A stretch of DNA of 55,989 bases from Nemertoderma westbladi (GCA_032718475.1 JAUCBJ010008385.1:1-55989), one strand, 5' to 3'. Shown: positions 38,628-51,495, numbered from the stretch's first letter. The notes: generated from the letters alone by a model not told the origin. Program-made: numbers and translations.

Positions 38628-38862
38628 TATATATTATTGTAACTAGAAAGTCCGTGACCTTCGGCCACGTCTTTCTAGTCCACATAAGTTTCTTCATCAT
38701 TTCAAACATTATCTTAACTAAACGTCTCATATGAAAGTCATGATTGAGCGTTCTCTCAAAAAACACACTGATGGCGCTTTACTTATCAGTTATCTATTAC
38801 GGTACAACATATAAGCATATGTCGTAGTACCTACCAACGTATAGTAAATTTAAAATGTAAAA

Positions 38863-39087
38863 CTGTAAAATGGGAGACGGTTGATCTGTAAAATGGGAGA
38901 CGGTTGATCTGTAAAATGGGAGACAGTTAATCTGTAAAATGGGAGACAGTTAATCTGTAAAATGGGAGACAGTTAATCTGTAAAATGGGTGACGGTTAAT
39001 CTGTAAAATGAGAGACGGTTAAACTGTAAATGGGAGACGGTTAATCTGTAAAATGGGAGACGGTTAATCTGTAAAATGAGAGACGGT
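38863..39087. repeat. About 24-bp tandem repeat abutting the end of the 1.2-kb element
   Basis: Unit ctgtaaaatgggagacggttaat(c), about 9 copies. Confidence 0.92.
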
Positions 39088-40258
39088 GTTCGCGCTTTTA
39101 GACCTTTAGCAGTTTAACCTGCCAAATTTAGGTGTCTTCTAGGTTATAAATCGACTCTAGCCTATGACAAGTATTTGATACACTACATTAGCCGAAGCCA
39201 GCTTATGCGCGACCATTCACCCACTGGATTTACCCGGGAGACTGGATTCGGATGCTCTGACCTTATTGCGGTGTAGGCCTACTGTATTATTCGATTGATC
39301 GTTAATATATAATCTCTGACAAATATTATTCACTTTCGGGAAATATTAACAGTTCCTTTAGGACGTGGCGCTCTAAGTATGTAAACAGAGTTATGACTTA
39401 CACTAAACACAACGGGATGGCTAATGATTCACGTATAAAGCGCATTCTTTAGGAGATGCTTTGTTATCTATCACACTCATGCACACTACCGCACAATGCT
39501 GTACACCGATCTGCCGACCTTCACTAATTTTAATCATATATAAGGAGAACAGCAACCGACACAATGTAGTGCCTATGAAATAGCATTAGATTCACTCCAA
39601 AACCACTATAATGTAAGTCGCAATTGCTATATGTAACCGGTCTCTCTAACCTTCAGTATATCAAGAAGATTGGGGTTTTCTGATTATTTATTGATATTCT
39701 CCAAATATAACAATATTCCATCAACTGGTACAATTAATAACCGACAGTAAATAGCAGTAAAATAATGCGGTGTTTGTATGTGACCAGGTTTGTTATGAGT
39801 TCATTAGATAGAATAACAGTTATACGTTTCTATGATCAAAGCCGTTCTAATGTTTGGCTAAAGTCTGAAACACAGAATAATTCCACAGCCGGTGTTCTAG
39901 GCTTAGGAAAATACACACTGACTGAATTGCGTGAGTTTCTCTATGCAATGTCCAACACAGAGGGAAAACCGCTCTGATTGGTCGAGCCGAACAAAGAAAG
40001 CCAAAAGCTACACGTTGACATCTCAGCTGATAGATGTCGTCATCTGAAATACACTGTATTAAGAGTATTTTTGGTGCATTGCGGCATAAAATTGCTAGTT
40101 ATGTCCGCTAAAGTACACATACAGAAGAAATGGCTTTTTATGTCCACTAAAACACCTGTACAGTAAGGAAACGGCTTTTTATGTCCGCTAAAACACCTAC
40201 AGAGTACTTTGCGGGGAAAATGAATAGCTAATTCCGCAAAAGCCTTTACACCGCTCCC
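39073..40258 (-). mobile_element. Non-autonomous element of about 1.2 kb, copy 2, with imperfect TIRs
   Basis: Left end gagacggtgttcgcgctttt versus reverse complement of right end gggagcggtgtaaaggctttt; inverted copy of 35421-36624. Confidence 0.8.
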
Positions 40259-40328
40259 AGAAAATGGGATTTAATTCTATAAAATATAAAAAATCACAGT
40301 TTCTAAAATATAAAAATACTCTAAACAG

Positions 40329-41883
40329 TTAGTCCTTCTTACGCGAACGGCGTTTACGCAGTTTTTTGAGGCTAGCAAGAGTCCTTTTCTCTTTGGGGCG
40401 AGCCACTTTACTAGGAGGGCTATAACTCCTGGGTGAAGGGTGCAATACAATTGCATCGGAAGGTTTAGGATTACAATCGATGTATCATCCGCCGGTCGAG
40501 GTACCTGGTTGATCTATATCAACCTCAGTGGAACGAGGTCGAACAACCTGGAGAGCGCATTTTAAGACAGCAGCTCTTATTGGTCCCTGACGGGTCGTTT
40601 GCACGAAAGCGGTAAGTGGACCGTGTGTAGTAAGAAATTTCCTCGGTTTGATGATTCTTTTCAACTCGCGTTCTCAGGCTCTATCGGAATCGATATGCTT
40701 CTCCTCGAGCTGATTTTCCTCCGCTTTGCATTGAAAGCATTCGTCCAAAATTCTTGCAGAAAGTAGAGTCGTCCAAGTTCGATATCTTCTTAGGGATTCC
40801 GGATTTCCTGATCGAACTGAGATAAAGCTAATTTGTTTACCGCTTGGACTTGCTGCTGCAATTTATGTTTCTCTAAACAATTGTAGGTTCCTTTTCCGAT
40901 CTTTTGACGAATAGTGTCCAACGCGTTTCGTACAACTCTCTCCTCCGCCTCGGTGACAGGTTGTATCGGGTTAAACAGGGATGATGATACGGTTGAATGG
41001 CGATATTAGATGTCCGCGTCCCAATCCGACTAGGTAAGATGGGTGAATATTTAGGGAGCCCACAACCGGAGTGCCACCGACTAACTGTTCGGGTAACACT
41101 AGATCTTTGAACAGTGAGTACAATTCGGGAGGATCCGTGATACTATTAGGATCAAGAGTCTGAGGTCTAACTAGGGAATGAGGAGGTCTGACCGAGTATT
41201 CCGGAACTCTGATCATAGGTTTATTTAAGGATCGTTTGAATCGAGCGAGCGTAGGTGATACATCGAACAAGTTTCGCTCGAAACTCCCGTAAATATAGCG
41301 AGTAAAACCGTGTTTAAAGCAACGTCTCCGCGGATGTTTATGTCTTTCCGTTTGTTGGTTGGGTCTTGGGCATTCATCGCAATAATACCAAAGCCGCACG
41401 TCTTGTAGGGGAAATGCGGGTGATATTTATTCGGTTTTACAACATTTCTCTCAAGAATTCCAAATATACGTTGGAGTTACTGCGTTTATCCGGTTCTTTA
41501 ACGTCTTCTCTTTCGAGTCGATTTCGAATAGAATTTTCGCATTCGATTTTCAGTTTATCGTTACGACTCCGCTGGGTAGGATATTTAAATAGTACCATTT
41601 CCCTTTCGGTGTCGACATCGTCCGTATCGTGTAAATCGATAGGATGACCAGTAGTTAAGAAGTCCATATGCGTACCATTACAATGCGTATAGCGAGCAGT
41701 GAATTTTCGATAGTCCAATTCACGCGTAAGTTGCTCCTGGGACATCGGTGGTTCGATATAACGACCATCGTCCTCTGTAGTAGTTGGACTAGCGTCGCTG
41801 CGTATCAAGCTATCAATAAACGCTTGCAACGGTAGAGTATATTTCTCCCTGATACCAAGATCATCTTCTATCAACTCAGTCAT
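40329..41883 (-). pseudogene. Decayed long ORF of unknown family (about 500 codons, several stops and frameshifts)
   Basis: Consecutive same-strand segments: 41437-41883 (148 aa, true ATG), 40971-41399, then NPIQPVTEAEERVVRNALDTIRQKIG... and a basic end ...TLASLKKLRKRRSRKKD*. GC content is visibly higher than the flanks. Confidence 0.55.
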
Positions 41884-42704
41884 AGCTGCTATATGAGTTT
41901 ATCAATATTATAATTAGTTATAATTAGGCTAGCGGGCATCGCTGCCTACCCCTCTCGGCCCCCGGACAGCGCAAGATCCTCAGCGCTGGTGTACTTTCGC
42001 CGATGTGCCTATCGCCAACGTAGTAGCTGCACAATGACCACAACAACCAGCGCGAGTCACTCCACCGTCCGTCCCAAAGGCTTAGATTTACTTCAGGTTC
42101 TTACTGGAGAGTTAGGGCTACTTTCACAATTGCGACTCGCTACTGTAAACACACTTTAGTAGTAACATTCACCTATAAACGCACAAATTCCACACAACTG
42201 TCACAAACCGCACACATTCGGGCCATTTGTCCGTTAGTCAAGTGCCTTCCAGAATGCCACGTTATTATTGGGTATCCTGGGATACTAGCAGTGTGCTATT
42301 TTATTCCTTATGCTATTCAATGGGGCAAGCCTTTATTGTTCTTTTAACTAACTTCTAATTCTAGCGTGGTTGTTGCCATTGTGACATTATGGAAAGCTAG
42401 CAGTAGAATTAGGGTAATTCTCATGCATACAGATCTGGGATGCTATTTAATAGTAATTCTTTAATTGTCAATATCTCCCTTATACATGATTTTATGAATT
42501 TTATCGGCTATTGACTATATATTGGAGATTCTCGCACACTAATACACTTAATAGGATGAATCTCCGCTCCCATGATCTATTAATTAATGGAATTTTGGGG
42601 AATGTTACAAATTGTATAAAATGACAATTTATCAAATTCATTAAAAGATATGAATTTAAATTTATTCCCATAAATTTTATTATTTAATATTAAATAGACA
42701 CAAT

Positions 42705-42997
42705 TTTATTCCAGAGCATGTCTGGGGACTAGGTTCCTGAATTCTAGGAATTTGTCCTTTTAAGAGTATCGGTAAGTGCTACAATATCTTAATAGACTAG
42801 AATTTTAAAGGATCTAAAATTTGATAGATTTTGTAAATATTAATAATTAATATTTAAGATGGGCACCGGTTTATTCCAGAACATGTCTGGGGACGTTAAC
42901 CATTGATTCTAGAATTTTGTCTTTCAAGTATATCGGAGGGTGCCGCGATATCTTAATCGACTAGAATTACAGATGGTCAAAGGGTTTAACAGATTTA
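42705..42997. repeat. Diverged direct duplication, period about 165 bp
   Basis: tttattccagagcatgtctggggac at 42705 and tttattccagaacatgtctggggac at 42870, with similarity continuing about 120 bp. Confidence 0.8.
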
Positions 42998-43086
42998 TTT
43001 TGCGTTTTACGCTACTGTTAAAGGGACATCACGCTACTATATGTATTATTTAATATACGGTATGAGAGCAATATCGCAAGAAGCAA

Positions 43087-43506
43087 TGTCAGTGAGAAGA
43101 GGCAAGTCGTTTCCAAGGTCTACCCAGAGCTTGGTTTAGCTGAGACACGAGGATCTGAACTTTGCATTCCTAATACTCTACTTACCAATAATACTTGAAT
43201 ATAGTAGGAGCTTTATTGTACTTTAATAAGTACAGACATTTCATCTTACTGTAGTCACGTATTTATAATGTAATACGGACAGTAAGGAAAGAGAAAAAAG
43301 AATTATTTCTCGCCGTCGAACTAAATATATAATATATAAGTAATTAAGTAATAAACGCGAATATATATATGGCACTAATCTACTAAATAATCGCTAAAAT
43401 AACATTCCACTAAATAAAATTAAAGAAAACGATTATAATAAAATTACATAATAATACATACATAAATATAAAATAATAAGAACAAATATAAAATAATATA
43501 GTCACA
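43087..43506 (-). mobile_element. Probable 3' LTR of the Bel/Pao element
   Basis: A G-rich tract GGAGTGGGTG follows the pol stop, then TGTGAC...; AATAAA on the minus strand at about 43212; candidate end ...CTGACA at 43087. No second copy in the window confirms the boundaries. Confidence 0.55.
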
Positions 43507-43524
43507 CACCCACTCCAGACGCTG

Positions 43525-46500
43525 TTACGTTGGGGAGTCCCTAGATGTTTGTTGGATTAGGGAGGTGGTCGTGGGAAGAGTATATTGCCTTCCATAGTTT
43601 CCGGAGAGTTCTCTGTCTCTTTCCAGTAAACATAAACGACCAACTGGGCGATTGAGTTGCTGTATCTCGAAGACAATTCCCAGTTTCTTAAAGTTACGTC
43701 GCATGACGACGAGTTCTACCGATTGCACCAAACCATCATCCGAGATATGAGTCTCGATGATACGACCTGCCTGCCACCGCTTACGTGGAAGATCTGAGTC
43801 CACAATAAGGACCATGTCTCCTGCGCTGACGTTTTCTTGCTGTGCAAACCACTTAGTTCGAAGTTGTAGCGTAGGCAGATAATGTTTTTCGAAATGGTCA
43901 GCGAAACGGCGGGATAACAACTGCATAAGTTGCCAAGTTTGCCGGCAGTATTCGTCTCCGTCCGTGATTTCCGATCGTGGGAGCATGGCTACAGGTTTCT
44001 TCAGTAGGAAGTGTGCGGGTGTTAGCGCTTCCAGGGAATCAGGACTCGATGAGACTGGCATAAGCGGTCTCTTGTTGAGATAGGCGGCGATTTCCTCCAT
44101 TAACGTCTGCAAAAGTTCGTTGGTGAGATACGCGCGGCACGGCGCTATAAAGTGAAATGCGGTCTTCACGCTCCTGATTAATCTCTCCCAACTTCCTCCC
44201 CACCAAGGGGCGTCGGCGGCGTTGAAGGTCCAGCTAGACGCTGTTACCCTTAGCTGATCGTCCACCTGTCTTTGGTTCCAATCTTTGACGTAAGCCTTGA
44301 TTTCATTGTTGGCACCAATGAAGTTCGTTCCCTTATCAGATCTCATCGTGTTACTAGTTCCAAAGCGAGCGATCTGTCGGCGTAAGCTCAATAGGAAGCT
44401 GTTAGTAGATAAATCGTTCACCATATCGAGATGGATAGCTCTACAAGTCATACAAACAAAGATGACACACCATCTCTTGACTATAGTCCTAGCACGATAT
44501 ACTTCAATAGGGCCAAATAAATCTACACCGGTATTAGTAAAGGGTGGTTCATAGAAGCTTACTCGTTCCCTAGGTAATTCTACCTCTCGCTGTGTTAAAG
44601 GCCTACTGAATGCTTTCCTACAGGGTATGCAGTTCCTAAGAACTTGGTTCAGAGCTCTACGGGGTTTATAAAAATAATAGCGAGTTCGAATTTCGCTAAG
44701 AACTCGTTCTCTACCAGCATGATAAAGCTTACTGTGAACATCTACAATCATCTTGATTTGTATTTCAAGATTTCTAATGAGTATGGGAAACTTAGTGTCA
44801 AAGGATAATGGAGCATTAGTTAGTCTTCCTCCAACACGTATTAACCCATCTATCATTGTGCTAGAGAAACGATCCCTTAAGCGCATCTGTGGATTTCTCA
44901 ACAACAGGAAATACTTATCGGAATCCTCATAGCATTGCAGGAGTCTCAGTATCTGCTTATTGGTTTCTTCATGCTCCTGGTAACTGATCTTCTCCTTCAG
45001 AAACCTGTCGGATATCTTGTATTTGGGAAGATCTTTAACAACATGGACCTGCGCAGATATCAGTGGGGCGGTATCACTAGTGGTCTTCGTCCTGGAGTAG
45101 TGATGATGAAAACATCGCTTTAAATATGTAACGGCCTTACAGAGCCGATTCCAGGAACTATAGTGATGTATCACTCTCTGCAGGAGGGGTGAGAGTCCTT
45201 GCGAGATGTCTGGCGTTCCAGATTTCCAATCTCTCTCTCGGATTTCTACAACAGACTTATTTGTGGCGGGGAATTGTAGATCCAAAGTGTCGTCTCCGGA
45301 AGTGTGTAGTACCGACAGATCTATCACAGGTTTAAATAACTTCGATTTACTCGCCCAGGTTTTAGGTTTGACTTTCTCCGCTCCCTTGGCTTGTCTAATC
45401 TCAGCAGTGGTAAGATGAGGAGGCCATTCATCCTCTTCTTTGCTTAGAAAGTCGGGTCCATTTAACCAGTCTGGAGTATCTATCAGTTCTTTCGGAGTTG
45501 CTCCCCTGGAGGCGATGTCGGCTGGATTAATCGTCTCAGGGCAATGTCTCCATTGATCTATCTTCGTACGACTAAGTATAATGGCTACTCTGTTGGTAAC
45601 GAAGACGCTGAACTGACAAACTTCATTGGTTATATACTCCAGCACGAGTAAAGCATCGGTCCAATAGACAGTTTTCTCCAGTGGATAGTCGATCTGTTCT
45701 GTTACATTCCGGCTGATGGCTGTAGCGTATAGAGCCGCCTTTAACTCCGCTCGAGGAACTTTCAACTTGTTGTTTATCAAGGCCTTAGAGGTAACCAAGG
45801 CGACTTTAATTCCATCCGGAGTTTCAACTCTCAGGTAGGCTACTATACCTATTCCCATATCGCTGGCGTCTCCAAACACATGGAGTTGATAGGAATACGT
45901 AGGGAGAACATGACAAAAATATGAACGCAAAATTATAAAGTTCTCGATGGCTGGTAGAGAATCTTCCCATTTCATCCACTTCTTTAATAGTTCTCCCTTA
46001 AGTGGATCGTCCCATGAGTGGTTTTCAAGCCACATTTGTTGTACTAAACTCCGAGCAATCAATATAACTGGGCTAATAAATCCCAATGGATCGAAATAAG
46101 TGCTCAGGATACTTAAACAAATCCGTTTAGTCCGAACTGGATTATCTCGCCGTTTTAGCTGGAAAAACAGGATATCTCTCTCTGTGTCCCATTTCAAACC
46201 CAGTGTCTTGGTTTCTGGAAGATCGTCTTTGATTAGGTCTAGATCTTTAACTCCTCGGTCTTCTACCGGGATTGATTCCAGAAACTCACGGGAGTTGCTG
46301 GTGAATTTAGTTAATCGAAATCCACCTCTTTTCAAGCACTCTACCGTTCCTTTGGCGACATCAATGGCTTCTTCCACCGATGGGAGGGACTTTAAGTTGT
46401 TGTCCATGTATATATCCCGTTTGATGTTGTCGATAACCTCTTTAGAGAAGGCGTCCCGGTTGTCATCAGCAGTGGTGCGCACAACTGAGCAGGCGTTTGA

Positions 46501-49500
46501 AGGGCTCGAGATGATCCCAAAAGCCTGGATGGTCATCCAATACTCCACGGGTTTCTGGTTGAGGTCTCCTTCAGGCCACCACAGAAATCGTAGGCTGTCT
46601 CGATCCCTATCCAGCGCCTTGACTTGTAAGAACATGCCTTCTATATCGGAGGCGAAAGCGATTGAATATTGTCGTAATCTTAAGAGTATTCCCAACAAGG
46701 ATTGGAGTAAGTTGGGTCCTGGTAACAACTCGGAATTAAGGGATTGGCCCATGTAGAGGGCGGAGCCGTCAAATACTACCCAGACTTCATTGGGTTTACC
46801 GGGTTTGGGAACGTAATGATGTGTTAGATAGTATGTTCTCTCAGTTATGGGTGTTTCTTCCGGTACTCGCTCCGCATATCCCTTGCTAATAAATTTCTTC
46901 AACTGAGTCTTGTACATTTCCTTAGCTGAAGCATTTGCCGTAAGGCGTCGATGTAGTTGCGCAATTCTTTTCTCCGCCAAGGGCCGGTTGTTTATAAATT
47001 TAGGATCTCGCTTTCGAAATGGTAGACCGATTTCATATCTACCTTGATCTTTAAGAAAATGTGTAGTTGTCTCCTGGATCTGCGTGGCTCTTTCTTCTTC
47101 TACCGATAGGGCCTTATCGTAGGAATTGGGCTCTACAGCCTCTTGAGTAAAGAATCGTACGGCGTGTTCATCGCGAGTCTTCGCGTTGTAGCGGTCTATC
47201 ACTTCATTAAGTTCGTCGTTGTACTCAACTTGTTCTGCTGGATGAATGAGGTGACATAGGTTCACTTGGTTTTGCCAAGTTTCGTTTTCTGTAAGGAGGT
47301 CGATGGTCTTCTCCTCATCGAAGAGTTGGTGGATGTCGTCATTATCTGAGGAGTATGGTGTTCCCTCAGTTATGTCGTCTACTTCACTGAACTCCTCTTC
47401 CAATTCACTTACTTGGTATACCTGTTCTTTGGGTAACCTTTCCATGAGAGTTCTACGGGAAGGGCCAGTAAAGTACCAACCTACTCTAGTTCTTCCCGCA
47501 TAGGCTTGTAGTGGTTGCGGTTGAGCAGGCCGTTTCTCCAAAGTCTCAAGCGCCTCATGCGCATTTTGGCCGATGAGTATTTGCACTCCAGGGTAGTCTG
47601 TGTTAAATCTAGGTATCTTAAGCTGCTGGGTGAAATCATCCTCATCCCAGTTATAAGGTTCCACTTGGCTGGTAGCGAAGTTCTTTATCGCCACCATTTT
47701 TACTGACCTTATGCTGTGTTCTCCTAGTTCATCCTGGGGGGTGGACAACGCACCTACATAATAATCTGCTATTACTGTAGATTTCCAAACCTGCATAATT
47801 CCTGACATGTTTAACTTAGTTCGGAACTTGGGTTGTCCAGCAAAGATGTCTTCGGCTAGTTCTTTGTCAATGAATGTTCCTGTGCTGCCAGAGTCAAGGA
47901 GGGCGTTCACTATATAACTCTTTTTAGGCCCGTGGACTCTCAACTGCACTACGGGAAATTCTCGGATTCCTACATTGGAAGTTGGTGCTTTCCAAGATGG
48001 TTGTCGGTCAGGAGTAGTTAGGGGGGGCTCACTGTCGGTGTCCTTTTCATACGTAAGTGCTCGATACACTGCGGTATTTATTAGGTAACAGGATTCGTTT
48101 TCGTCGGAGAATTCATCAGTATAGAATCCTTCCATCTCAGAACTTTGGTCCGTGTCGTTCACATCACTGAATTGGACATGTAGTTCGGGCTCACTTACCT
48201 GACTCAGGCTGTTTCTTTCGAATTCAGTGTGCAACAAGTTATGATGTTTCGCGCCGCACTTTGCACACCTTGCGTCGGAGTAACAGGTCCGCCGTTGGTG
48301 TCCTTGTCTGAGGCAATTATAACACAACCGCTTATCCCACATGACTTCACGTCTATCTTGTAGTGATTTCTTTAAAAATTTATCACACACACTTAAATGG
48401 TGGGGCCCGTCGCACAGCGCACATTTTGGTTTGATGTTACTCACCTTACCTTGGGTAACGTTGTGCACTCTCGTTCTTTCCTCGGGCTTTCTTCCGTGAA
48501 CTCTATTAGGAGACGTAGGAGGAGTTTTTGTTACCTGTTCTCTCCTGTCATTGGTTCGAGACTTAAATTTACTTACGTCTTTAGACGCTTTGTTAACATA
48601 GTAAGATCTTTCAGTGTCTTTCCCACTGTCCTCTTCTTGAGAAGCCTGACTTTCGCCATCATCTGTATAACACACTGGTGTTACCTTTCTCCTAGAAACG
48701 GGTTTTTCACTTACCTTATTTTCCGGTGTCTTCTCTCTGGACTGCTTTAGGAGCTGTAACTTTACCTCTCCATCTAAGAATGACATGAGATCAGCCATGG
48801 TAGGGTCTCTTCGTTGTTGTTCCATCATATATAAGACTTTCTTGTCCCAGCGTGTACCTACTCCACCCTTTGGTAAAGTAGAGGCCACGGCTCCAATAAC
48901 CATAGAACTCTGATATTCATGAGACTTACCTAGCCAATCTAATTGTCTACAGATCTCCTGAATCTCATCGGAAAACTCTATAATCCCGCTGCTAATGAAC
49001 TTTCGGGGCGTTACCAATTTTGCATACAAATGCCTAGCTATGTTATTCCTATTACCATACCTGATGTTTAGTGTATCCCAAACTTGTCTTAATCCATCTG
49101 GATGTCCAATAAACTTTAACGCCATTAACTTGGGAGATCCTTCCAAGCACTCGATGAGGAATCTCAGTTTCTCTCCGTTAGATAGCACAGAGTTCTGTAT
49201 GTTATCTTTGTAATATTCATTAAAAGGTAACCATTTCATCTCATCTCCATTGAACTTGACGATCTCTCCCACCTTTACCGCTTGACGGGCTTCGGTTCTA
49301 GCCATTTGACGCGTAAAACTTTCTTGGGCCATCGTGTTATTTAATATCGAGTTATCGGTATATAAATTTCTCGGATTATGATCAGGTCTATATGGAATAT
49401 CATTGTCAACAGGTTTATAATTACCCTTAATAGGGTTTACTATAGGAGTTTCTACTTCACTAGCAGTATAGATGCGTGTAGGCTCCACACCTTGCGCATG

Positions 49501-50250
49501 AAATACTTCAGACCTAACAGGTTGACACATTGTTACCGGGGTTGGTGGTATACCCCTTTGGGTATTTACTAATTTATCGCGTTCTAACGCGATACTCTGC
49601 TGCACTTCTTGCAACTCTAACCTACTTTCCCTTACTGTGCCCTTGAACTGTTGAACAGTCTCCTGCATCTGCCCGAGCAGGAGATCCATCCCCCGCCGTC
49701 TCTCATCCACCCACTCAACCGCCGAAGCGGGAGCCGCCAACATAGTAGCGGGTGGATGGGGGACAACGGGCGACAAATCATTGATATTTCGCTCGGAGTC
49801 CAGGACAGGAACTGTCTCATGGGCTGTTCTGCTGGGCACAGGTAGTTTAGTGCTATGCAAAGGGAATTTAGGGGTAGGTTCTGGGAGTACAGGTGTCTCT
49901 ATCACCGAAGGGGTGGCTTCGAGAACAGGCCTAATTATTTCAGGCTCATCTACTATAGTAGGGAGTCTTGCTGCCCTAATAATTTGGTCTGTGGGTTCTG
50001 TACTACCTAAGTTTGTGCTAGCTAGTTGCCTTCTCACAGCTGGGGGCAAATCAGGCAATTTCTGACGGTGAGGCATTCTTCTACGTCTGTTGGAACGAGA
50101 TCTATTTCCTCCGCCTTCAGGATCGGTGGTATCGCCTTTATCCGATGATGTAAAGCCCTGTCGCTTGGGGGTGGATCGACTTATCATCTGCCACTGAGTA
50201 GCTGTTCTCTGTTTATCTATGTAGTCTTGCTTCTCTTGCAGATTTTCCAA
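43525..50250 (-). mobile_element. Bel/Pao LTR retrotransposon gag-pol polyprotein (2241-aa open frame)
   Basis: Gag region KFNGDEMKWLPF; three Cys/His knuckles (CALCDGPHHLSVC, CYNCLRQGHQRRTC, CAKCGAKHHNLLH); protease LLDSGS; RT SDIEGMFLQV...YMDN; RNase H LHVFGDAS...PRAEL...WTDA; integrase HHCC plus GVDLFGP/SDKGTNF/GGSWERLI. The PR-RT-RH-IN order in one frame is typical of Bel/Pao. Confidence 0.96.
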
Positions 50251-50284
50251 CTCTAGTTGGGTGGTCTCTTCAGATGCTCTCCGT

Positions 50285-50502
50285 TCTGCTTCTTGCCACT
50301 GCCTCTGCCGCTTTTCTTTCCGCTTCTGCCGCTGCCACTGCCGCCTTTCTTTCCACTTCTACCGCCTTTCTTTCCGCTTCTGCCGCCTTTCTTTCTGCTT
50401 CTGCCTCTGCCGCTGCTGCCGCTGCCGCTGCCACTTTTCTTTCCACTTCTACCGCCTTTCTTTCCGCCTCTACCTCTGCCGCTGCCGCTGCCGCTGCCGC
50501 TG
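50285..50502 (-). repeat. Low-complexity repeat encoding (A)n-EAERK coiled-coil-like sequence, probably the upstream part of gag
   Basis: AAAAAAAAEVEAERKAVEVERKVAAA...AEAERK; one base out of frame with the gag ORF near 50293. Confidence 0.7.
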
Positions 50503-51060
50503 TAGTTTGTTTGAGTCGGGACTCTTTCTGCGCCTTATAGAGGTCATTTCGGCACTTCTGAATTTTGTTGTCAGTCCAGGAGGCCCTTTTCCTGTTTCGA
50601 GGGTATACAAGAACTGTTTCTGCAGCTGCTAACTTAACTGCTTCTGTGAAGGCAGTATAGCCCTCACAGTGATCTGCCGCCTCAGAGGCAAGAACCTCGT
50701 ACCTGTTGCTCAGCTGTAGTGTGAAGCTGGATCTCACACTTGGCTGTTGCAACAGAGAGGACCAGTCATGCCGCGGCAAGGCAGATTTCGTTGTTCTGCT
50801 AGCACGCAGACTAAGTCTTACCTTGGCCACAATAAGGCGGTGATCACTGGAGAAGGGTCGTAGTGTAAATACATTACAGTCTTGTATAGAGCTCCTGTAT
50901 TTCCTACGAAACAGGATATGGTCTATCTGGGACTTGTGACCACTGGGTCCACTATTAGTCCATAGCTTTCCAGTTCGCTTCTTGAACTGGGTACCAGCCG
51001 TCAAGTCAAGAACCAATCACAGCATAGTTCCAGTCCACTCTCCTGCTTGTGGGGAGAGAC
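50503..51060 (-). mobile_element. Non-LTR retrotransposon fragment: C-terminal half of an apurinic-like (APE) endonuclease plus linker
   Basis: TQFKKRTGKLWT...SQIDHILF...SSDHRLIVAKVRL carries the WT, IDH and SDH motifs of LINE APE domains (RTE-like). Confidence 0.88.
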
Positions 51061-51457
51061 ACGTAGTCTGCGAGTCTTGGCATACGGTTCATATAGGGCA
51101 AATCGGGCATGTCTGTCCGTCCGTCCGTCTGTCTGGTAAATGTTTGAACGCGAATTTCTCGGCATCGCTGGTTCGGAATTGAACCAAATATATTTAGGGT
51201 GATCTAATGATAAGGCCAATTCTTTTTATAACAACCTATGCGGCAACTTTTTATGTATATTTCCATAGTACTCATGGAATAACACAATAAGGCCATTGTT
51301 TTATAATGTGTTCTATGCTGCATAGTAAAACTTTAAATACGTTACAAACGACTTATTCATTATGTCTGTTGAAATTGAAATTGCTGAAAACTGGTTCTCA
51401 TTTATCTATCAATTACGGATGCAAGGTAGAGCATTCGTGTCGAAACGAAAACTGCCC

Positions 51458-51495
51458 TGGTCCCCCTGCAGGAATCGAACCCACGACCAGCAGAT
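51458..51495 (-). other. tRNA-like 3' half (B box/T arm), SINE- or PBS-type fragment
   Basis: Minus strand GGTCGTGGGTTCGATTCCTGCAGGGGGACCA has a GTTCGA T loop and a CCA end; no recognisable 5' half. Confidence 0.5.

Noticed and set aside
44297-50632. Plus-strand ORFs antisense to gag-pol
   Set aside because: Shadow frames of a long coding sequence with no independent motifs.
51458-51495. Functional tRNA gene
   Set aside because: Only a T arm and 3' end are present; no D arm or full cloverleaf.
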